The notes under the pieces were generated by a model. It saw nothing but the letters and a program-made list of their open reading frames with translations. It did no database searches and was not told the origin of the DNA. 64,000 nucleotides of DNA from Podarcis bocagei (lineage: Eukaryota): the NCBI GenBank assembly GCA_964188305.1, contig OZ076885.1; one strand, 5' to 3'. This document shows positions 53,998 through 64,000 of this stretch, piece by piece (position 1 is the stretch's first letter; the number at the start of each line of letters is the position of its first letter). Position numbers and translations under genes: made by a program.

Positions 53998-54532
53998 AGG
54001 ATGGGGCAATAAACTATGCAATCAAGTAGGCAATGAATGGAAGGTGGATAAACTGACTTTTGCTTTCCGCATGCATACCCAATTGCAAACACATGTGCCA
54101 GCACGCGAGCACAAAGCAGGCAAGACTTCTGGCGATTCCTACAAACCAGGAATTGCCTTAAGTATGGGAAATGTTTGTTTCTTGTCCTTTCTGTGTAAAT
54201 TTCCAATCTCGTCTTGGAATTTGCCTACTTTCTGGGCTTAAGTAGCAAACTCCATTGTCCTTCTCTGTGGATTTTCACAGCACAATTGGATGGAAGATAC
54301 GGCACTCAATAGAACAAGCCAGGAAAGCTCTCTGGCTTCTGGGTGGGTGGGATGCGGGGCAACGAAGATGTAAAGGAAGGCAAAGTAAAACTTGTGGCTG
54401 CTGTTATAAAAACAGGAAGGTGTTGGCCTGTTTGTGAGCAGCCAGATATATGGAAGAAGGGAAAGGACGCAGGATTGTTCTTGGCTCTGGGCTTCTCCAG
54501 ATGCCTTCATAACTGTGCATTCCTGATGCTTT

Positions 54533-54820
54533 CCTGAGGGGGAACGTTCAAAGCAAATAGATTCTGAATTGTATCATTCTACTGTTGGAAGTCTGATGTA
54601 TATTTCTCAATGGAGTAGGCCAGATATCAGTTATTCTGTTGGGATATTGAGTAGGCTTGCAAGTAATCCTACTGAAGTGGCTTGGAAAGGGTTAAAACAT
54701 ATTTTCGGATATCTACAAGGGACATGTGATTATTGTCTCAAGTTGTCCTCCTCAGGACCAGAAGAACTAAAGTGTTTTGTAGACAGCAATTGGGCAAATT
54801 TACCCGACAGAAGGTCAGGT
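54533..54820 (+). mobile_element. Ty1/Copia pol fragment (RT end/RNase H start)
   Basis: YHSTVGSLMY, RPDISYSVGILSR, LKHIFGYLQGT, FVDSNWA...DRRS motifs. Confidence 0.9.
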
Positions 54821-55380
54821 GAATCAGGAGCTAAGTTGAACATATTTTGTGGGGCCAGGCTAAGACATTTTAATGCACCCAAGTATTTCAATATTGTTAT
54901 CTATTTTTCACTCATTCCATGGATGGTTTTAAGCTGCTTGGTTTTTTAAAGGGATCCCTGGTGATAAATTTATGGGGGGAAATGTGTAGTTGCAGGAATT
55001 TTTGAGTGTGTTCAATTTTATTTATTGTTGTATATTTTTAATATTTATTTCTTTACTATGTAAGTTGTGTTTAGGCCTTTGGGTATAATACAACACATAA
55101 ATAAAGTTATAATGACAACAACCAGCAAGGAAATTTAAGGATGGTGGAATAATGTGCTAAGGCCTACAAATAAAAACAGCTGGAAGATTGTTTCCATGGA
55201 TTCACTCAGCAGGCAATTGTTGGTAACATCATGGGCGAGTTTCTCCTTAGAAAGGTAAGGTGACATGGAGAGACTAGACTTCCTTTAATTTTGGAACTTC
55301 GCTGACACCTAGTGGCCAAGTGGTTGCATAAGCAAAATCAAGGATGCTCATATCTGTTGGTTTGAGAGGTTTTTCTTTTG

Positions 55381-55724
55381 CAGGGACGCGGACTTATAAA
55401 AAATATTGGGGGGGCCCGGGAAAGCTCATGAATAATAAATAAGCTCATGAATATGCAAATAAAGTGGCGCCTCCTCCTCGTGAGCGAATAGGGGAGAGCG
55501 TGCTGCGCCTATTAATCAGGAAATTGGGTGGAGCTTTTGCTCGGGAGGGAGGGCAGGAGGCATGCAGTCCGACCCTGTGCATTTTGGGCTGGGGGAGGGG
55601 CGGCGATGGCGCTCTGCTGGAGGGGCGCCGGAGATTATTGGGGGGCGGAGCCCCCCCAAACGAATTTTTGAGGGGGCTCGGGCCCCCTCAAGCCCCCTCA
55701 AGCCCCATGGAGTCGGCGCCTATG
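55381..55724. mobile_element. Non-autonomous hAT element
   Basis: Ends cagggacgcggact/agtcggcgcctatg; perfect TSD ttcttttg. Confidence 0.85.
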
Positions 55725-55913
55725 TTCTTTTGCCCTGTCGCTTTACCCAGGAACAAACATCAACCAGGTTAACTGTGGAATGACATTTGTTCCAGTTCAG
55801 CAGTAAACCACGGGTTTTCCTGGGGAACGTGGTGGGACAAAAGAAAATCACGGCACAAACAGAATAAACTGTAGGGATGTATGGATGAGTCCTAGTCTGT
55901 TCATTTCTACCAC

Positions 55914-56787
55914 CAGTGGTTTTTTTTTTCTTTCTAAAAAATGTTTAGGGGTACTCTCATTTCAACTCAGGAAAGTCACCATTTTATAGTTCAAATTGGG
56001 GAAAATAAATACAGTAAATGGACAAAAGTACAAGGATTCACAAAATGTTTAGGGGTATGCAACAGTCTGAAGCTCAACATCAAAAAAACGAAGATCATGG
56101 CCACTGGGCCCATCACCTCCTGGCAAATAGAAGGGGAAGAAATGGAGGCAGTGAGAGATTTTAATTTCTTGGGCTCCATGATCACTGCAGATGGTGACAG
56201 CAGTCACGAAATTAAAAGACGCCTGCTCTTTGGGAGAAAGGTGATGACAAACCTAGACAGCATCTTAAAAAGCAGAGACATCACCTTGCCAACAAAGGTC
56301 CATATAGTTAAAGCCAAGGTTTTCCCAGTAATGATGTATGGAAGTGAGAGCTGGACCATAAAGAAGGCTGATCGCCGAAGAATTGATGCTTTTGAATTAT
56401 GGTGCTGGAGGAGACTCTTGAGAGTCCCATGGACTGCAAGAAGATCAAACCTCTCCATTCTTAAGGAAATCATCCCTGAGTGATCACTGGAAGGACAGAT
56501 CCTGAAGCTGAGGCTCCAATACTTTGGGCACCTCATGAGAAGAGAAGACTCCCTGGAAAAGACCCTGATGTTGGGAAAGATGGAGGGCACAAGGAGAAGG
56601 GGACGACAGAGGACGAGATGGTTGGGCAGTGTTCTCGAAGCTACCAGCATGAGTTTGACCAAACTGCAGGAGTCAGTGGAAGACAGGAGTGCCTGACGTG
56701 CTCTGGTCCATGGGGTCACAAAGAGTCGGACACGACTAAACGACTAAACAACATACCCCTGCATACCCCCAGAAAAAAAAAGCACTG
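55914..56787. mobile_element. hAT MITE split by a Bov-B insertion
   Basis: cagtggtttttt...aaaaaagcactg ends; TSD tctaccac/tctacatc. Confidence 0.7.
56065..56753 (+). mobile_element. Bov-B LINE 3' fragment (RT C-terminal part)
   Basis: LKLNIKKTKIMATGPITSWQIEGEEMEAVRDFNFLGS... Confidence 0.95.
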
Positions 56788-57297
56788 TCTACATCTGTTG
56801 CATTTAGGGAGCTTCCTCTACTTCACATATTTGAAGCCCACATCAGTGGGACATGAGGGCATTAGCTTTCTCCCACTGTCATTCCCAGTTACTGCTTTTC
56901 AGAGGCCTGCTGCCTCTGATTCTGGCACACAGCCACCATGACCAGTAGCCATTGATAGCCCTGCCCTCCTTGAGTACATCTCGTCCCCTTCGAAAGCCAT
57001 CTAAGTTAGGGTCAGGGGCATCACCGAGCCTTGAGGAGGCCGTCAATTTCATGCTCTGTGTGAAGACGTGCTTGCTTTATCTGCCCTAATCTCCCACTCT
57101 TCAGCTTCACTGGATGATCCCACGTTGAGGTATTATGAGGGGGAAAACTTTCTACCCACACCCTCCTTTCTCTCTAAACTAAATAGCTCCAATTGTTGCA
57201 AGCTTTCCTCATTGCTGTTTGTTTGGAAGAAATAAATCACAAGTACTAGTTTGCCCATCATGGCAAGTCAAGGCTCACAGTTTGTTGTTCCTGCCTC

Positions 57298-57298
<1 letters not shown>

Positions 57299-57340
<42 letters not shown>

Positions 57341-57998
57341 TATTATTATTATTTTTATTATTATTAATTATTATAATTATTATAATTTATACCCTGCCCA
57401 TCTGGCTGGGTTTCCCCAGCCACTCTGGGCGGCTTCCAGCAGAATATAAAAACATAGTCAAACATCAAACATTAAAAACTTCCCGATACAGGGCTGTCTT
57501 CAGATGTCTTCTAAAAATTGTGAGCTTCTTCATCTCCTTGACATCTGATGGTACGGCATTCCACAGAGAGGGCGCTACCGAAAAAGAAGGCCCTGTAACT
57601 TCACTTCTCGTAGTGAGGGAACTGCCAGAAGATCTTCAGTAGACCTCAGTGTCCAGGCTGAATGATGGGGGTGGAGAAACTTCTTCAGGTATACAGGGCT
57701 GAGGCCATTTAGGGCTTTAAAAGTCAGTACCAACACTTTGAATTGTGTTCAGAAACATACTGGGAACCAGTGAAGATTCTTAAGGACCAGTGTTATATGG
57801 TCCCAGCGGCCACTCCCAGTCACCAGTCTAGCTGCTGCATTCTGGATTAGTTGTAGTTTCCGGGTCACCTTCAAAGGTAGCCCCACGCAGAGCGCATTGC
57901 AGTAGTCCAAGCGGGAGATAACCACAGCATGCACCACTCTGGCGAGACAGACTGCAAGCAGGTAGGGTCTCAGCCTGTGAACCAAATGGAGCTGGTAG
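57299..57998 (-). mobile_element. L2 LINE 3' fragment
   Basis: VVHAVVISRLDYCNALCVGLPLKVTRKLQLIQNAAARL; AT-rich trinucleotide tail. Confidence 0.9.
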
Positions 57999-58773
57999 AC
58001 AGCAAGGGCAAAGCAAAATGGGAATTATTTGGCAGTGTACTCTGTATTGCTGCTACTTCATGTTTGGTGAATGAAGCTGATGTGGAAACTTTATCAGTTT
58101 TACAAATTCTCTTTATTTTGAGGGAAAACCTTCATGGGAAAACAAAACTCGTTTCAACACGACAGCTGCAGAATTATTGGTTTCACTGCTTTGCTACAGG
58201 AAGTCTCTCCTTTTCAGTGGAATAGCACAGATGGGTCCCTGACACAAAGTACAACTTAAGTTATTTTATGTATTTGGTTGTGCGGCTCTGATAGCTGTTT
58301 CCAGTACATGAGCTTATGTCTTGCGCTTGTTTTACAGAGAAATTTTATAGTCTCACTAAAGCAAGATCTCGCAACAAACTGAGGAATGAAGTTCTGTGGC
58401 ATCAATATTTCATGATAAAGGACTAATCCACTCCAACTTTTAACATTTCCATGGACTTGCTTGGGATTTACTTCCAAGAAGTTGTATGCAAGATTGCAGT
58501 GTGAAGAACTGAATCCTGACAATCAAGAGATCCAGTCATTTCCACCCTGTTGTCAGAATCTTCTCTCATCTTCCCATTTGGGCCCATTGCTGATAATTCT
58601 TGACTGCCCGCAACTGGTATTTTTTCTACGGCTACAAACTTTTAGATTCTGGATGCCACTAATAAGGCAACTGTCATAAAATATTCCCAATTAGTTTCCA
58701 TTGCTTCCTGAGGCATGCCATATAAGCTCAAGAAGCTGCCATATACTGAGTTAAGGCACCGTCCATTTAGCCC

Positions 58774-58863
58774 CATAGCTGTCAATTTTTCCCTTTTCTT
58801 GCGAGGAATCCTATTTGGAATAAGGGAATTTCCCTTAAAAAATGGGAAATGTTGACAGCTATG
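58774..58863. mobile_element. 90-bp hAT MITE
   Basis: TIR catagctgtcaa/ttgacagctatg; TSD tttagccc. Confidence 0.88.
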
Positions 58864-59105
58864 TTTAGCCCCATACATTCTACATTCACTAGCAGTCGAT
58901 TGTCAAGGTCTCCAGTAGAGATCTTTCCCAGTCCTGCTCTCTGATAACCTTATTATGCCAGGGCCCATCTGTACACAACACCTATGCTCTATCACTGAGC
59001 TGTGGTCTCCACTCTCCAGCTAAAGGACCCATTTTTTTCAAGCAACCTATCAGGCAGCTCTCCATTAAAAGGCATCCCCATTTCACAAGACCTGACACAC
59101 CTGGG

Positions 59106-59519
59106 TAGGGATGGGCAAATCTGTCAATTTTTATTTCTCTCAGTTTCTAATATTTCCAATCTTAAGTTCGATTATCCACATTTTCACATCAGTTTGTGAC
59201 CTTTTTTTGAAGTTCTCATGAAAATTCAGTAACATTTTAGTGCAGATTTCTCCTAATATCTGCACTTTTGTATGCAATTCTGCCTAGCCCAATGCATTTT
59301 TATGTATATTATTTTCACCAATATGTGCATTTTAATGCACATTTTACCCGAGTATATGCATTTTTGCATACATTATTTGGCGGGAGGACTGCATTGCAAA
59401 GTTTGAAGTTAGAATTTCGAAGGATGGCTGGGCTTCAATTTGCGTATTGTTTCAGAAACTGCAAATTAGGTAGGTTTGCCTTTACACACAAACTGAATCA
59501 AAATTCTCTCCCATCCCTA
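59106..59519. mobile_element. Older hAT MITE (TAGGGATGGG...CCCATCCCTA)
   Basis: TIRs; related fragments at about 24.1-24.4 and 49.2-49.6 kb. Confidence 0.7.
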
Positions 59520-60026
59520 GACCAGGACATTACTGACAAGCTTAGCTACATCCTATACATGATGTATAGAGAAACTTCTTTATAATTTATAAATAGATGT
59601 TAAAGCAAGGGGTTTTAACTTCCTCTGGCAGTCTTATTTTCTGTACAAATGGTTCTGACCTGGCACATAGCAATGGCTGCCTCAACCAATCCTGCTTCAG
59701 AGATGCATCCAGATACTTCCTTGGGCTGGATAATTTTCATAACGCTGATGGGGATACGCAACTAGCTCTGCTTCTTCAGCAGCCATGTGTGTGGAAGGCT
59801 GCTTCCAAGCACAGATCTCTCTTGCCGAACTCACCAAAGTATCTGATCCCAATGAATTCTCCTTGCCTTCTAGTGAACCTGAGTGATAAGTTTGTGTCTC
59901 ATTACTCCTCATGTGTTCATGGTGATTTCATCCCATCTTGCTGTGAGACCTGAGAATTTTGGAAGCTGGTTAACTTTGTTAATCATGGAGAAGAAACTGT
60001 TCTTTAGTATGTTTAGCATTGTCGTA

Positions 60027-60350
60027 CAGTGGTGCCTCGCAAGACGAAAAGAATCTGTTCTGTGATTCTCTTCGTCTAGTGGTTTTTTTGTCTTGCGAAG
60101 CAAGCCCATTGACGGATTAGCAGATTAGCGCTATTAGCGGCTTATCGGTTTATCGGATCAGCTGATAAGCGGCTTAGCGGCTTAGAAAAAGGGGGGGAGG
60201 GGAAAAAACCAGCAGGAACTTGCAAGACATTGTCGTCTTGCGAAGCAAGCCCATAGGAGATTCGTTTTGCGAAGCACCTCCAAAACGGAAAACTCTTTCG
60301 TCTAGTGAGTTTTCCGTCTTGCGAGGCATTCGTCTTGCGGGGCACCACTG
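60027..60350. mobile_element. Tc1/mariner MITE, short form of the 33528 family in opposite orientation
   Basis: TA-cagtggtgcctcgcaagacg...cgtcttgcggggcaccactg. Confidence 0.9.
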
Positions 60351-60544
60351 CATTATGATTCCAATGTATTCTGAGGTAGTAAAATATCTCCCCCAAAAGC
60401 CATGTGCGCTTAAGGAAGTTTTTACACTGCGCTGTGTTGTAGGGTTTGGAAATCAAACCAGACTGATTTGCCCTGTGCTAAATCTCCTTTGGAGATTTCC
60501 TGCTCAACGACTGAGGGGACTAGAGTAACTCCCTACAGACTTAA

Positions 60545-61175
60545 TTATCTGTTCTTCTTTGCAATTTTCAATCTGAGTCTTTGTTGCATCTTGGCAACAG
60601 TGTTATGCTCTTGGGCCCATTGGTAGTGGTGTCTGTGGGGAAGATGTTTGTTCCCCACAGGCATGATTCGGTAGGACTTAGCCATGTCGCTGGGTTGGAT
60701 ACTGGAATCCACTTCTAGTTCTGAGGTGGCCATGTTGTAATGGGAACGAACCGGGGCTTCCGAGCAGCTTAGGTTGGGCTCAGAGTAGAATTTCACTTCC
60801 AGGCTGGAGGCTGGCATGCCCCTTGAGGCAGAATGTGGTTCGCTCTGGGAGAGAGGGTTGCTGGAAGAGGGCGCTTGGCCAGCAGAATGTTGGCTGCTGG
60901 TGGACACTCCTGCCGCCGCCGCCGGGTAATACCATGAGCTCAGAGGGGTGGCTGAGGAACGGGTGGGCGGAGGGCTATCAGGCTCCGGCTGCGCCACTGA
61001 CTTCTGGCTCGGAGAGATCACCATCGAGCTGTGCGGCGTGGCCACTTCCACGGCACTCCTGAATGTCTGCAGCACACGTTCATTCTTGTTCTTCTCCTTC
61101 TTCTTCTGCGACTCCTCCAGCCTGAGCTGACGCCGCTGGTCACGCACCATCTGATTCCGCGTGTCCACCAGGCCT
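60545..61175 (-). CDS. Terminal coding exon of an unidentified protein (basic coiled-coil-like start, Ser/Pro-rich disordered middle, basic helical C-terminus)
   Basis: Acceptor cctccctgttgcttcacAG|A GGC CTG; 209 open codons to TAA; GC3/CpG-rich codon usage; no similarity to the repeats I recognise. Confidence 0.8.
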
Positions 61176-61245
61176 CTGTGAAGCAACAGGGAGGATAGGT
61201 AGGGGAGGATTAAAAAAAAAGCAGGGATGAGGGAGCTGAAGAAGA

Positions 61246-61400
61246 AGAGTTTGGATTTGATAAACCGCTTTATCACTCCCCTTCAGGAGTCTCAAAGCGG
61301 CTAACAATCTCCTTTCCCTTCCTCCCCCACAACAAACACTCTGTGAGGTGAGTGGGGCTGAGAGACTTCAGAGAAGTGTGACTGGCCCAAGGTCACCCAG
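61246..61400 (-). mobile_element. SINE fragment (CORE/MIR-like squamate SINE)
   Basis: ctgtgaggtgagtggggctgagag...cccaaggtcacccag. Confidence 0.65.
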
Positions 61401-61869
61401 TGGCATTTTGGGATCAAAATCATTTACCTTTCTCTACCGGTACAGTGATTTCCATACATTGCAGGGATGGACAGAAGGTTGTACTGGCAGATAAGCCTTT
61501 GGGTCATATGCGAGCATCGGCAAAGATTTCTGACTCCTCCCATTTGTTTATCAATAGCAACAACAAAGTAACACACACACCAATTACACTGCTGAAAGGA
61601 AAAAAGCTGTAAAGCAGGGAAGAGGAATTTTAATTGATCCGAGGGCCAGCCTGAGTTGGATACACACCACAATCACAGCTCAATGATCTATTCCACCCAG
61701 GCAAAAGTACCGGAGGATGTGGGTCAGGACCCCAGTAAGGGGTGTGGCAAGGGCCAGAGAGGGAAGCCTGGAGAGCTGCTTGAGGTTCCTCATTTCTGAT
61801 ACAGAGGGTGGAATAACCGGAGGTATTTTGTGTGTGTGGAAAGAATGTACAATCAGTTCAGTTTTGGTA

Positions 61870-62226
61870 AAGGTAAAGAGTAAAGGGACCCCTGACCATT
61901 AGGTCCAGTCATGGCTGACTCTGGGGTTGCGGCGCTCATCTCGCTTTATTGGCCGAGGGAGCTGGCGTACAGCTTCCGGGTCATGTGGCCAGCATGACTA
62001 AGCCGCTTCTGGCGAACCAGAGCAGTGCACGGAAACGCCATTTACCTTCCCGTCGGAGCGGTACCTATTTATCTACTTGCACTTTGACGTGCTTTTGAGC
62101 TGCTAGGTTGGCAGGAGCAGGGACTGAGCAACAGGAGCTCACCCCGTCGCGGGGATTCAAGCCACTGACCTTCTGATTGGCAAATCCTAGGCTCTGTGGT
62201 TTAACCCACAGCGCCACCCGTGTCCC
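61870..62226 (-). mobile_element. Sauria SINE
   Basis: TSD ttcagttttggta; head and tail as above. Confidence 0.92.
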
Positions 62227-63121
62227 TTCAGTTTTGGTACTTGGACCAAATTCCTGGGCTCAGAATTATTTTATTCTAATTGTCTGTCTTTCATAGTGGC
62301 TCCAGTTGGTGGACCTCAACCTTCCAGTAAAAAAGAAAGCAGGTCCTGCAAGTCTTCCCGTTTCTGTTATACAGAGGAGCCTTGTGTGAGTGAGCTGCAA
62401 GGCTGGGTGGATGCCCAGGCAAAGGGCGCTTCCAGGTGAGAAGTCCACCCACTGGTGCACTCAGCAGTGTAGCAGAACCTTGAAGGCCCTGCCTTAGTAC
62501 GCAGCATGTAGCATTGCTTTGTCCTGTTGCATGGGTTTCTTCTCTTTTATCGCTTCCTTGAGGGTGCTTTGATCATCACTGTGCTTCAAGTGCTTCTCTT
62601 CTGCAGTTACCAAACCTGTCTAGTATTTCTACTAGGATACTGTTTTGCAGTTGGAGGGTTAGTCTGGATGAGTTCACTCCCAGTCCTGTCTATAATTGCA
62701 AAGCTAAGGTTTGCTCAGGAGAGTGATGATAGAACCAGCAGGACTGCTGGAGATCATCCTGATGGCACTGGCAAAGTAGTCAACCATGCAACTGTTGCGA
62801 AGAATATTTCTATCGATAGATGGGGCCTTCTGGAAGCAGAGAGTCATCTGGTAATCAGGTGTTCACATCCCACCTCCCTGGGAAAAGTGGTATCATTGGT
62901 GTGTAAGACTGCAATAGACTGGCAGTCCTGGAAATGAGTGTGAAACAGACACATCATTCGTCCAGGGGACATGTTTATTCAGCATTCTTCTTGATTTGCT
63001 TATGTAGCAGCTGGATGATGTGCACTCTTTACTGAACATTTGTTATGATTTGGTTATGGGGTGGTTACATAACAAGGAACATTCATTCTGATTTGCTTGT
63101 GGTGTGTCTACACGCCCTCCC

Positions 63122-63342
63122 TAGAAATGGGAAGGCCTGGGAAAAACCCGGAAAAATGGGGGGGGGTATTTCCCCCCATTTTTTTTCCAAAGCTGTTTTT
63201 TCCAGAAAAATTGAAAAAGACCAGTTTGATATAGTTTGAATATTCCACACACACACCCCATTTTCCTGGGGAAAAATCAGCTTTGGAAAAACCTGGACTT
63301 TTCCAAATTTTCCCGGGTTTTTCCCAGGCCTTCCCATCTCTA
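63122..63342. mobile_element. Palindromic hAT MITE
   Basis: Long TIR tagaaatgggaaggcctgggaaaaacccgg; TSD gccctccc. Confidence 0.9.
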
Positions 63343-64000
63343 GCCCTCCCATCAATCATTTGTTCATCTGACACTTTTCAATGCATTTCCCTGTCTCTTT
63401 CCAAACTGCAAAAAGTCTGTGTGTTGTTTTTAAAGTAGATTTGTTGCACTCAGGCAACAGGGTGTTTTGATGCACTTTAACTGTGCAAACCTAAAATACT
63501 AGTATGTACTTGAATCTGGAGGGCACAAACAGAGACCTGACTTTCTGTCCTAGCTGGTGGACACCCCTGCTGCTGCTGCTGCTGCTGCTGCGTAAGAACT
63601 CTAACTTGGTTGCCTAAGCTTGCATTCCCCTCTTCCCTCCCCATTTATTTTTCTTTAAGTGTGTCATCTCTTTCAGACTGTAAGCCTGAGGGCAGGGTAG
63701 GGACTGTCTCCCTACTGAGCTTCTAAGCAGCTCTGAGACCCCTTTTGGCCAAAGTGAAAGCTTTTAGAGAATGCTTTTACAAGTGCAAACAAACAGGATG
63801 CCAGGCACTGTACAGAACAGAGGAATAATCCAGTCTGCTGCACATAACATTTCGTATTAGGATTTTAAAAGAAGTTCGGTTTCCCAGGAGAGTTAGCCAA
63901 TGCATCAATTTTATTCTGTTCCTGCCCTTCTTTCTCTCCATCTACAGAGGCTGGATAAAGCCTTTAAAGAAAGAACAGGCCTTTGATTGGATCGTCATCC

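Noticed and set aside
61176-61276. Hydrophobic N-terminus (signal peptide) of the 243-aa ORF
   Set aside because: It is the polypyrimidine tract plus SINE tail upstream of a strong acceptor.
62494-62615. Upstream coding exon LVTAEEKHLKHSDDQ...
   Set aside because: Weak acceptor and in-frame stop with no convincing donor to join 61175.

Overview
Eukaryotic genomic DNA from a squamate reptile, most likely a lacertid lizard (inferred from Sauria SINEs, Bov-B, squamate L2/CR1 tails, Penelope hairpin, many hAT and Tc1/mariner MITEs). The window is mostly intronic/intergenic, and nearly all ORFs in the track are spurious. The only well-supported host coding sequence is a minus-strand terminal exon (60545-61175) of a gene I cannot name. 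A CpG-rich promoter with an RFX X-box sits at about 12.0 kb, with candidate minus-strand 5'UTR exons running off the left edge. The most striking observation is that the apparent CpG island at 53.4-53.9 kb lies inside a composite hAT element (53065-53997) bounded by one perfect 8-bp TSD, so it looks like captured and mobilised host DNA (Pack-type hAT). A second cargo-bearing relative is at 16143-16757 and an empty copy at 13846-13992. Also present are a Penelope-derived 84-bp perfect inverted repeat with a minimal hammerhead ribozyme motif, a 26 x 46-bp minisatellite, a Copia RT/RNase H fragment and several nested insertions. Repeat family names come from recall of motifs, not database searches.
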